A program made the translations under genes and the position numbers. This document shows, one piece after another, positions 42,285 to 49,780 of a stretch of 49,780 nt of DNA. Source of the DNA: a virus. Position 1 is the stretch's first letter. Each line of letters starts with the position of its first letter. Below the pieces are notes generated by a model. That model saw only the letters and a program-made list of their open reading frames with translations, was not told where the DNA came from and made no database searches. The stretch is from IMG/VR virus record IMGVR_UViG_3300029310_000016. One strand, given 5' to 3'.

Positions 42285-43883
42285 CTACCACAGCACCTCG
42301 GCCATATCCTCATCACTCATCTGTGCGTTTCCGCGCTCATCCCATCCGACATTAGCCACTGCAGCTGGATGAAAAGTATTTGCAAGCGCATCGAATTTGT
42401 CCGTTGAACGGCCTATGCGCTCCTTGATATCCTCTTTCGGCTCGATGATAACCTTGCCATTGCTCAGAAAGCTCCAACGTATCTCTGTAGCCTCTTCCAA
42501 CAGCTCATCATCAGGTGGAAGACACGCCCCAGTCTTGTTGTCGGGATTCAGCCAATCACGCACAGCCCAGAAGAGGTATGCCCTCATGTTAGCAAACTCA
42601 AACTGCTGCGTGATATCCTTCAAGCCTTTCGCACTCTCGCTGTACTTGCAGCTTATGATTGCATCCTCAGACAGGACATTCCCTGTGTCTGTCTCGCACA
42701 CCTCCACCGCTCGTGAATAAACTCCTGCGCCCTCTCCGATTGTATCTATTGAGTAAGTGCATCCCGAACGCTTCCGCATGTGGTCTATTATAACTCCAAC
42801 CGTCCGCATGTGATCTGCCTTGCCTCCGCTGTCATGCTTCTCCAAGTCGAAGACATAGCTGCCGATTCTAAAGCACATGACCGTGCTGTCTCGTCCCATG
42901 CCTGCAACGTCCACGCCCATAACTCCATCATGCTGCGCTGGCGCATGCGTGAGCTTCCATCGCTCCTGTGCCAGCTCCACCCATCGCTGCGGAATCAGCG
43001 AGCTGTCATCAGCCTTCGGAAACTCGCCAAGCACTTTTTTTCTGAACAAATCTGATGGCCTATACCATTTGCCTTCCCATTCGAAGTCATTCTCACTCTC
43101 CTTAGCCTCTTCCTCTGTTATCTGTTCACACCAAGAGTTTACACGTTCCTCCACCCAGTCATAGTCAACCTGTCCAACATAAGTGATCTTCTTGTTTACG
43201 ACATTAGGAGCTGTAAGACTGTTTAGACAAAACTTCTCCCAGCGAGCTTGTTTCTGGCTGCGTGCTGCATATCCCTTAGTTGTGTTAGGGTTAAACACAA
43301 GAAGAATACGGCTATTACCTTGCAAATTACCCTCTATCGCCTCATATGTATCATCCTTGATGCCTGTTGCTTCCGTAATCACGAACATCGTGTTGGCCGC
43401 ATGAAATCCAGACCACGCTTCATGATTATTCTCGTCAGCTTTGAAGCCTACCAAGAACCACTCTTTGTTTTTTGGCATTCTTATACTGTCGCTATTGAGT
43501 CGGCCTGGCAAGGTAAAGCCTCTTGATTTAGCCTTTGTGTACAATCGGCTTATCTCTGCCATCATGATGTTCTCAACTTGCCTTCCCGTAGGAGCAGTTA
43601 ATGCCACCTTGGTGTTAGCCATCATTTCGCCTTTTTTATTCCAGCGCGGCGTGAGATACAGGAAGCACATAGCTATACACGCTGCCACGTAATCTTTTCC
43701 TCTTGCAGTGCCACTTCGCACGCTGACCATCTTATGCTTCTGCACAGCTGTTACTATAGCCTTCTGATCATCGTCAAGCGTCACTCCTAATACGTCTCTG
43801 ATAAAGGCGTTCCAATCCTTTCTCCAGAGACTAAATAATGCTGACGCTTTCCTTCGTATCTTATTATCTTCATCCTTCTTCAT
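42285..43883 (-). CDS. terL: Terminase large subunit
   Basis: RSGTARGKD (Walker A-like), MFVITEATG (Walker B-like), and a C-terminal nuclease-sized domain. Follows terS. Confidence 0.85.
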   Translation of the reverse strand: MKKDEDNKIRRKASALFSLWRKDWNAFIRDVLGVTLDDDQKAIVTAVQKHKMVSVRSGTARGKDYVAACIAMCFLYLTPRWNKKGEMMANTKVALTAPTGRQVENIMMAEISRLYTKAKSRGFTLPGRLNSDSIRMPKNKEWFLVGFKADENNHEAWSGFHAANTMFVITEATGIKDDTYEAIEGNLQGNSRILLVFNPNTTKGYAARSQKQARWEKFCLNSLTAPNVVNKKITYVGQVDYDWVEERVNSWCEQITEEEAKESENDFEWEGKWYRPSDLFRKKVLGEFPKADDSSLIPQRWVELAQERWKLTHAPAQHDGVMGVDVAGMGRDSTVMCFRIGSYVFDLEKHDSGGKADHMRTVGVIIDHMRKRSGCTYSIDTIGEGAGVYSRAVEVCETDTGNVLSEDAIISCKYSESAKGLKDITQQFEFANMRAYLFWAVRDWLNPDNKTGACLPPDDELLEEATEIRWSFLSNGKVIIEPKEDIKERIGRSTDKFDALANTFHPAAVANVGWDERGNAQMSDEDMAEVLW

Positions 43884-44439
43884 CCTCCACTATGCTTGTT
43901 TCCAACAGAGCGCGTTCAAAGTCAAGAGTTCCTGTCACCTCACGCTTTTCCGCTGCATACAACCCAAGAAGTTTTCTACGTTCTACGAGCAACTTGTTAA
44001 TCATCTCAATATAGCGCACATCGCCACAGCACCGCTCCTGTTTAAGAATCAACTCCATTCGCTCAACCGTCACATCGTTCTTCTTCGTAGAGTTAGGCGT
44101 ACCCTTCTGTTTCTGGCTTCTTGCGTCATAGTCTTCCTTACTCTTCTCCCAAGCCTCCCAACACTCCTTGATAAGTTCGTCTATGCGTGCCAGCTCTGTA
44201 GCCATATTCTTATCAAAGTCTTTCTGTCGTTGTTCGTGCCACTCCCCTGTCAAGCTGTTAATGTCTGCTTGCACTGTAGATAGAGAATAAGTTTCCAACC
44301 CAAGACCCTTCATTACCTCAAGCCTGATTTCTCTGCATGTATAGCCATGCTTATACAGCGGAGCTATGATATTCATGCGCAGCTCTTTAAGCCTTTTCCT
44401 GTTCGCTAATACAGCGTGTGAGTTCTGTTTATTCGCCAT
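43870..44439 (-). CDS. terS: Terminase small subunit
   Basis: 189 aa with an N-terminal HTH-like GYTCREIRLEVMKGLG, immediately upstream of terL. Confidence 0.6.
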   Translation of the reverse strand: MANKQNSHAVLANRKRLKELRMNIIAPLYKHGYTCREIRLEVMKGLGLETYSLSTVQADINSLTGEWHEQRQKDFDKNMATELARIDELIKECWEAWEKSKEDYDARSQKQKGTPNSTKKNDVTVERMELILKQERCCGDVRYIEMINKLLVERRKLLGLYAAEKREVTGTLDFERALLETSIVEDEEG

Positions 44440-45676
44440 TGTACCTGTAAATTATATTGCCTTCTTCATCTGTTCCGTCTGGTATCATCACACCCTCATA
44501 CATCTTATAAGGATTCTGACCGTTTTGCGGATTGTTCCACACCCATCTGAGATAGTCTGCCATGGTCATTCCGCGGAATCGCGCACGCTTCTCTTCACTA
44601 CAACAATTAAATCCACTTGCCTTCCCCCACTCATACTCATGCAGCTCAATAATATCCTTGCTAATATCGCTCCACATTACCTTTCCCTTGCCCTTGGCTA
44701 TCTGCAAGGCTTCACACCATTGGCCTCTGGAATAGTTCCAATCAGAAGGGAGACCGCAACACGATCCATTGTGACAATATTCCTTGAAGTGCGCATCGCT
44801 TACATAGAAGCGCATGCCTATCTCATTGCACACTTCATTCATGTTCTCCACGAAGGGACGCTTTATGTTGCGATTCAATCTCATATAGCCACAGCTCACA
44901 CTGTACTTCTTGTAAAATTTCATAATATCAAAGCCAGCCATCTTGTTAAGCTCTGGCAGAAAAGCACGTAGCGTAGGAGACCTTTGCTCGATACACAAGA
45001 ATTCTGTAGTCATAGCATCTGCACCCCTTTTGCCTGCCTCGCGTATAAGATCAAGATAGCTGGGTGTTGACACTCCGATGATGAATGGGCGCAGTCTTAA
45101 TGTTGCACCTCCTGCTCCTGCGTTAGCGATTCGTTCAATAGCTTCGAGTCTTTCCTGAGGACTTTCCACACCCTTTTCTATTATACGAGCTTTTTCTTCC
45201 TCCATAGTAATGATTGAGAACTTAAAGTTCCAGTTCTTCTGACCTCTCACCAAATCCATATAACGCTCGTCTTTTGTCCACCATGCGCCCTTCGTGGAGA
45301 AGCATAGTGGATAATCAATGTCTTTAAAGAACTTCAACAACTCCAGAGTCTTACCGTACTTACGTTCGTAGCCATCAAATCCATCGCTCATCCCACCCCA
45401 CTGCATAACCTTCCGTTGCTTGATGTACTGAGCAAATTGGCCTGCATGCTCGTCTGGTTCAATGAACATCTTCTTCACCTTCTCGATATTTACCGCACGA
45501 ACTTCCTTGTTCATATAATCGTTACGCTTTTTCTCCCCTCCTATGCCTCGTAGAAATTGAGCAAAGCAATACATACACCCGAAAGCGCAATTGCTATACG
45601 TGTCGAACGTCATTGGCATTGAGCAATCAGCTATCTCGGCTGTCCATCGTGGGGAATTGTAGTAGTTGGTCTCCAT
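44429..45676 (-). CDS. Radical SAM enzyme, SplB/COG1533-like
   Basis: SNCAFGCMYCF (CX3CX2C). The downstream pattern GGMSDGFDGYE...STKGAWW...RLEAIERIANAG resembles the spore-photoproduct-lyase-like family. The C-terminus is Cys-rich. An alternative start is at 45619. Confidence 0.75.
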   Translation of the reverse strand: METNYYNSPRWTAEIADCSMPMTFDTYSNCAFGCMYCFAQFLRGIGGEKKRNDYMNKEVRAVNIEKVKKMFIEPDEHAGQFAQYIKQRKVMQWGGMSDGFDGYERKYGKTLELLKFFKDIDYPLCFSTKGAWWTKDERYMDLVRGQKNWNFKFSIITMEEEKARIIEKGVESPQERLEAIERIANAGAGGATLRLRPFIIGVSTPSYLDLIREAGKRGADAMTTEFLCIEQRSPTLRAFLPELNKMAGFDIMKFYKKYSVSCGYMRLNRNIKRPFVENMNEVCNEIGMRFYVSDAHFKEYCHNGSCCGLPSDWNYSRGQWCEALQIAKGKGKVMWSDISKDIIELHEYEWGKASGFNCCSEEKRARFRGMTMADYLRWVWNNPQNGQNPYKMYEGVMIPDGTDEEGNIIYRYNGE

Positions 45677-46437
45677 AATACTTTCCTTGGTTTCTTGTCT
45701 ATTATAAATCTCACTTCTTCCATGTTGTTCTTCTGTGTAGTTACCATGCCAGGGTATTGCGACACAAGCATAGTGGCACACCTGTAATTCGCATCAGTCT
45801 TCCACCATTCCTCACACCCCCCCTTTGTTTTATGCCCTGCCTTAACAGATAGCATGTTAAACCGCAGGACATTGTAGCCTTTGTTCATGACACGAAGGCT
45901 GGCTTCATAGTCCTCTTTTACCAAATACCTCTTATCGAAACGCCAACCGAAGAACGATACGCCCATCATGCACCCTGTAATCATTGCCTTGTAGTGTATC
46001 GTGTGTGCCTTGAAGAAGTAATTATCCACAGCCGCACATCCCCATAGAAAGCATTCTCCATTCATGGCCGTTATAAAACACCTCTCCAATATATCCTGAA
46101 AGGCTTCCCTTGTCTTTAACGGAATATCACTCCTGCTATCTTCACTAAGTAAATTAACAGCGGTAACATCATCATCGAACATCACCATTCTCTTGATCTT
46201 ATTCCTTTGTCCCCAATCCAGCAAGTTATTACGGTTATCACCTACACAGCATCCCTTCTCGTATATAATGATTGCATCCTCTCCCCAATTCCGACTGTAT
46301 GCCTCAAAGTCCTCTTTCGTCTGAGTAGATATTACTATATCTTCCCTGCCATACCCCATACTCCTTAAGTATTCTACCGTCTTCTGCTTGTCTGGTCTCT
46401 TGTAGCTAGGTATTCCAAATATAATCCTCATCGCCAT
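45631..46437 (-). CDS. GT-A-fold glycosyltransferase-like protein
   Basis: IFGIPSYKRPD is the N-terminal beta-strand motif, and MFDDDV is a DxD motif. Confidence 0.55.
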   Translation of the reverse strand: MAMRIIFGIPSYKRPDKQKTVEYLRSMGYGREDIVISTQTKEDFEAYSRNWGEDAIIIYEKGCCVGDNRNNLLDWGQRNKIKRMVMFDDDVTAVNLLSEDSRSDIPLKTREAFQDILERCFITAMNGECFLWGCAAVDNYFFKAHTIHYKAMITGCMMGVSFFGWRFDKRYLVKEDYEASLRVMNKGYNVLRFNMLSVKAGHKTKGGCEEWWKTDANYRCATMLVSQYPGMVTTQKNNMEEVRFIIDKKPRKVLWRPTTTIPHDGQPR

Positions 46438-47069
46438 TCCTCCAATCTGTATGAATGTTTTAACTCCTTGCTTAATATCTGCTCTATCTCGTTTTCACGT
46501 CCTCTTGGATAGATGATTATAACTCTCTGCCTATCTGCGCATACAGGCGTGCTCTGGGTCTCGTTAGACATATCCATAAAGCTACTGATTCCGCCCCATG
46601 TCTGCACACCCCACTCTTCAAGGTCTGCGTTATCAAACGACTCCAGGGCATCCATATCCCACTCTCCTGCGCTCACATTGTCCTTGATAACAAACTGCGG
46701 AATTTCAGTATCGGTAAAGTCTGCGCGAATCACTTCCACCTCTGGTTGCAACCTCCACTGCTTCCACTGTTCCTCTATCGCCAATATCTCTCCGTCCGTC
46801 TTTTGTCTTCCCTGCGCTGCTCTGCTGATCTGTTCAATCAGTTCTTCATCCGACATCGCCAGAATAGCCGAAAGCGCACGAAAACGCATATTGCCTCCTA
46901 TTATAACATTGTCCGCATTTAGCACTATCTTACGTATGTCAAGCATTGTCGGGAATATCAAAATTGAACGTATCAGCTTTTGAAGATTATCATCCGTTAT
47001 AACACGTGGATTCTCGTCATTTTCCCGAAGCTGCGCTAGCAGCACCTTTTCTGATTCTCCTTGTCTCAT
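46428..47069 (-). CDS. ParB N-terminal-domain (ParB/Srx) protein, paralog 2
   Basis: DENPRVI...IRKIVLNADNVIIGGNMRFRAL and FVIKDNVSAGEWDMDAL. Confidence 0.7.
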   Translation of the reverse strand: MRQGESEKVLLAQLRENDENPRVITDDNLQKLIRSILIFPTMLDIRKIVLNADNVIIGGNMRFRALSAILAMSDEELIEQISRAAQGRQKTDGEILAIEEQWKQWRLQPEVEVIRADFTDTEIPQFVIKDNVSAGEWDMDALESFDNADLEEWGVQTWGGISSFMDMSNETQSTPVCADRQRVIIIYPRGRENEIEQILSKELKHSYRLEEWR

Positions 47070-47072
47070 CTC

Positions 47073-47819
47073 TTAACCCTCCCTCATGTATTTAATTTCA
47101 TCAAGCGTATAAGACACCTTATTCGTCCACATCTCTCTCCTGATGCCGAGCACCTTCAAAAGTTTGTCAATATCTTCTGTGTTATAGCTGATAGTAACGA
47201 AATCGTTAGGCCGTTCGTCTCGCCCTGCGATATCTGGCAATTCGTCTGGCTTCATGTCCACACCCTGCAGTTCTTCTGGCATGGCATCTGCGTAGTCCTC
47301 ATCATCTTGTTCCTCGTTCTGATTTGTGCTTGCCTGCGGTCTGTCATCCCATACGTCCATGCCCCAGTTCTGCAACTTGACGCTGTCCCAGTTATTCGCA
47401 AGGCTGTCATAATCCCATGCACCGTAGCTTACATTATCCTTTATGACGAATTGTTTCCTTTCATCCGATGTCAACTCATCAGCCATGATGACATGCGCTG
47501 TTGGACTCTCTATCCAATCTGCCCAAAACTCTAAAAGGTGCTTCCGCTCACCCTCTGTCTTTTCTGTATAATCGGAAATCTGACATAGTCTGTCTGCAAT
47601 GCGCTCTATGTCCATTTTCGCGATCTCCAGCAAGGCTCTCGCCCTCTGGTTGCCACCCAATGCCTTAAAGGTGTTATCAAGTACGATAGGGCGCACCGAT
47701 AGCATCTTTGGAAACACAAGCAAGCTATCCACCAGCTTACGAAACTTCTCTTGTCGTATCTCTCGAGGATTAGCTTCATTTATCCTTATCCTCGTCAAAT
47801 CAATTATTATTATCTGCAT
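47073..47819 (-). CDS. ParB N-terminal-domain (ParB/Srx) protein, paralog 1
   Basis: EANPREI...VRPIVLDNTFKALGGNQRARAL and FVIKDNVSYGAWDYDSL. Confidence 0.7.
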   Translation of the reverse strand: MQIIIIDLTRIRINEANPREIRQEKFRKLVDSLLVFPKMLSVRPIVLDNTFKALGGNQRARALLEIAKMDIERIADRLCQISDYTEKTEGERKHLLEFWADWIESPTAHVIMADELTSDERKQFVIKDNVSYGAWDYDSLANNWDSVKLQNWGMDVWDDRPQASTNQNEEQDDEDYADAMPEELQGVDMKPDELPDIAGRDERPNDFVTISYNTEDIDKLLKVLGIRREMWTNKVSYTLDEIKYMREG

Positions 47820-47848
47820 ATCTTTTAACTTAACGTCTTAGGTTTATA

Positions 47849-47856
47849 CAAATTTA
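47849..47856 (-). promoter_or_regulatory. TAnnTTTG -7 box (TAAATTTG) upstream of the ParB-GT-rSAM-terminase operon
   Basis: Plus-strand caaattta in the 88-nt gap upstream of 47819. Confidence 0.3.
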
Positions 47857-47907
47857 CGAATTTTGTTCGTTTATTCCGTGTTCGTACTGTCAATTAACTC
47901 GAAACAA

Positions 47908-48345
47908 TTATTTTGCCACATACTCATTAAACACATACGGTTCATGCTTTTCTGCTTGCAAGTCCATATCCGTATTGATCTTGCGCATGAGCAGCTTCAC
48001 CAGCTTGCGCCTTAGCGGATAATCTCTCACTTGAGCCGTGGCCTTGCTCTTGACTTCTTCCACTACCCATCGGTTCTGCAGTTTGTCATGGTAGAAAAAG
48101 TCGCAGTGATACAGGACGGCACGCTCATCCACCCTCTCTACAATTTTGACTTTCGTTTTGAGTTTCTTCTCAACCTTGACCGTCTGCTTGGGAATCAGTT
48201 CAAATTGCTTCTGCAGCTCCAGATTGTCAATGAGTCCTCGTCTCTGCATTTCTCGAAGCTGCAAGTAACGCATGAGTTCCGTCTTGCTGTCGAAGGTATG
48301 CCCATCTGCCATGACCTTGTGCGCAAAGTATTTCTGTTTTGCCAT
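47908..48345 (-). CDS. DUF1064-like protein (PD-(D/E)XK-type endonuclease-like)
   Basis: KYFAHKVMADGHTFDSKTELMRYLQLREMQRRGLIDNLELQKQFEL matches the DUF1064 pattern as recalled. The start is at MAKQKYF. Confidence 0.6.
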   Translation of the reverse strand: MAKQKYFAHKVMADGHTFDSKTELMRYLQLREMQRRGLIDNLELQKQFELIPKQTVKVEKKLKTKVKIVERVDERAVLYHCDFFYHDKLQNRWVVEEVKSKATAQVRDYPLRRKLVKLLMRKINTDMDLQAEKHEPYVFNEYVAK

Positions 48346-48432
48346 TTTTTTAAAATATTGCCTTTGTTGTTTTATACAATTTATGCCCTCCCTCATACCC
48401 ATTCCTTGTGCGGAATTCTCCTTATGCAGCCT

Positions 48433-48768
48433 TTACAGCTGCTCTTCGTCATTAATGATCCTGTTGACTGGTTTGAGTGTGATTACCGCTATTGCCTCGC
48501 CAGAGTTCGGGTTGTCGTAAAACGAGAAGCCAGCATGATCATTAAAATCATCCATACGAACAGTGATATCCCTGCCTGTGTAACTTTGGTTTATTTTCAT
48601 GAGGTAGTTCTTAAGCCAGCGGAGCATTGTCTGCAGAGTGATGCCTCCATCTTCGCCAAACTCTATAAGGGCGTTGTCGTATCGCTTCAAGAGCTCGGCA
48701 AGAGCTGCTGTCTTCTTGTTGTGCACCCTAACTTTCGGGCGTTCGATGTAATACTTTTTTGTAGTCAT
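48433..48768 (-). CDS. Hypothetical protein
   Basis: 111-aa ORF. Confidence 0.5.
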   Translation of the reverse strand: MTTKKYYIERPKVRVHNKKTAALAELLKRYDNALIEFGEDGGITLQTMLRWLKNYLMKINQSYTGRDITVRMDDFNDHAGFSFYDNPNSGEAIAVITLKPVNRIINDEEQL

Positions 48769-48798
48769 GTGGTTGTGTTTTTTTAATGTTACAATTAT

Positions 48799-49329
48799 TC
48801 ATTCCTTTACCATGAATGCAAACTCGAGTTCACGCATGTACTGTTCTTCAAGCTTAGGCCTCCGCTTCGTCTCAGCAGTAATGTAGCATTCGCTGCTTCC
48901 TTTTGCAATGACGTAACCGTACGAGCGCAATCTGTAACGTGCGGTTTTTTTTCTTGTTGCGTTATGATCCGCATACTTGTACTTAGTCAGCGGAGACAGT
49001 CCGTATGCCCTGCGCAGTTTGTCTCTTCTTACAAGGCTCTTTTTGATTTCTGACATCTTAGTGCATAAATACCTATGCCTCTGATGCAAGGCTTCTGATG
49101 CCCTCTTGGCGTTTTCTCGCAAATAAGATCTGCGGTATGCATCATCCTTTTTGAGGCCATACTTCCTTGCGATCCTCTGCATCTGGTACAAGCTGATTCC
49201 AAACATCAGGGTTATTTCCTTGTTGCTGCGGACAGGAAACGACATGATGAATTGATCCCGCGTCTCGTCCGTCCATGTGCGTTCTATTCCTTTTGTTGTC
49301 ATGTTCACGGTTGTTTTTTCATCATTCAA
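48799..49329 (-). CDS. Hypothetical basic protein (possible DNA-binding)
   Basis: 176 aa, Arg/Lys-rich, with an HTH-like ITLMFGISLYQMQRIARKYGL. Confidence 0.5.
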   Translation of the reverse strand: MNDEKTTVNMTTKGIERTWTDETRDQFIMSFPVRSNKEITLMFGISLYQMQRIARKYGLKKDDAYRRSYLRENAKRASEALHQRHRYLCTKMSEIKKSLVRRDKLRRAYGLSPLTKYKYADHNATRKKTARYRLRSYGYVIAKGSSECYITAETKRRPKLEEQYMRELEFAFMVKE

Positions 49330-49780
49330 TCTCTTGTAAGTCTTTCACGAGCTTTACATACAAAGCATAGCACCTTGCTTTCTTTTCGTTGTCTTTTCTT
49401 GCCTTTTCAATCAGTTCCTCGCCAGTGCCATGGAAACAACCGACCGTCCACATATTGTCGCTCCTTGTCCAAGTGAAATATCTTCCCGATGAAAAGTTGT
49501 TTTGGAAAACTATGTAATCAGATGTTTGTGAAATTTTTGCGTTGCCTCTAATATGCGCATACCCTTTCACTACTGCATTGCCATACACCTTTGCATCGTC
49601 AAGTATCTCTGCATAATCAAAAACACTTGTATCGCCATATATCCACGCATTGCTACCGACATTTGCATCGTCAAACACACTTGCATATTCAAAAACCCTT
49701 GCATCGCCATATATCCACGCGTTGCCATACACCTCTGCGTTGCCACACACCTCTGCATTGCCACACACCTTTGCATTGCC
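49322..49780 (-). CDS. Hexapeptide-repeat protein, C-terminal part (continues from 1..303 across the circular junction; about 220 aa in total)
   Basis: Repeats YGNAWI/YGDARV/FEYASV/FDDANV... followed by a globular C-terminus ...WTVGCFHGTGEELIEKARKD.... Open to the window edge, in frame. Confidence 0.7.
   Translation of the reverse strand, partial: GNAKVCGNAEVCGNAEVYGNAWIYGDARVFEYASVFDDANVGSNAWIYGDTSVFDYAEILDDAKVYGNAVVKGYAHIRGNAKISQTSDYIVFQNNFSSGRYFTWTRSDNMWTVGCFHGTGEELIEKARKDNEKKARCYALYVKLVKDLQEIE
49682..49780. repeat. Terminal overlap copy 2 (identical to 1..99)
   Basis: Direct comparison with positions 1..99. Confidence 0.95.

Larger units (their letters stand above)
1..49780. mobile_element. 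Complete circular temperate tailed-phage genome (siphovirus-like, long tape measure), Bacteroidota-type
   Basis: Full set of phage modules: integrase, repressors, RecT/Exo, terS/terL, portal, capsid, tape measure, lysis. Identical 99-nt ends. Gene-dense single-strand organisation. Confidence 0.85.

Noticed and set aside
4113-48786. Many long plus-strand ORFs, for example 4113..4664, 20326..20793, 30612..31397, 39234..40145, 44366..44971 and 48031..48786
   Set aside because: All lie fully inside longer minus-strand genes with recognisable phage functions. Their translations are low-complexity (Leu/Ser/Cys-rich), as typical of shadow ORFs.

Overview
The window is a complete, circularly closed temperate tailed-phage genome. 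The first 99 nt are identical to the last 99 nt, so the unique length is about 49,681 bp. One hexapeptide-repeat gene runs across that junction. Almost every gene is on the minus strand.

Reading the minus strand from the immunity switch (about 9.2-9.5 kb) downward and around the circle:
- Early genes: HTH/excisionase-like protein, small membrane proteins, RecT plus YqaJ-type exonuclease, SF2 helicase and a replication-associated protein.
- A tightly packed operon of two ParB-like proteins, a GT-A-like glycosyltransferase and a SplB-like radical-SAM enzyme, immediately upstream of terS and terL.
- Portal, then a MuF/SPP1-gp7 head protein fused to extra C-terminal domains.
- Scaffold, decoration protein, lambda-E-like capsid protein and head-tail connectors.
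- Two paralogous tail-tube proteins, a 1440-aa tape measure and the distal tail.
- A 2274-aa receptor-binding giant protein, ending at a strong terminator.
- Separately promoted LysR and ECF-sigma genes.
- A four-gene block of unknown function, a lysis cassette (amidase plus a u-spanin-like lipoprotein), an attP-like region and a tyrosine integrase.

Two CI-type HTH repressor genes lie on the plus strand. TAnnTTTG -7 boxes, the absence of Shine-Dalgarno sequences and BspA-type LRRs point to a Bacteroidota host.

Most unusual signals:
- Four tRNA-like elements (T-arm plus acceptor-type helix, with covarying stems) sit in intergenic gaps of the early arm.
- Two non-coding islands of about 565 nt lie in an otherwise gap-free genome.
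- The ParB-ParB-GT-rSAM module is a candidate DNA-hypermodification system.

No database or folding software was available. All calls rest on reading the sequence and on recalled family motifs.
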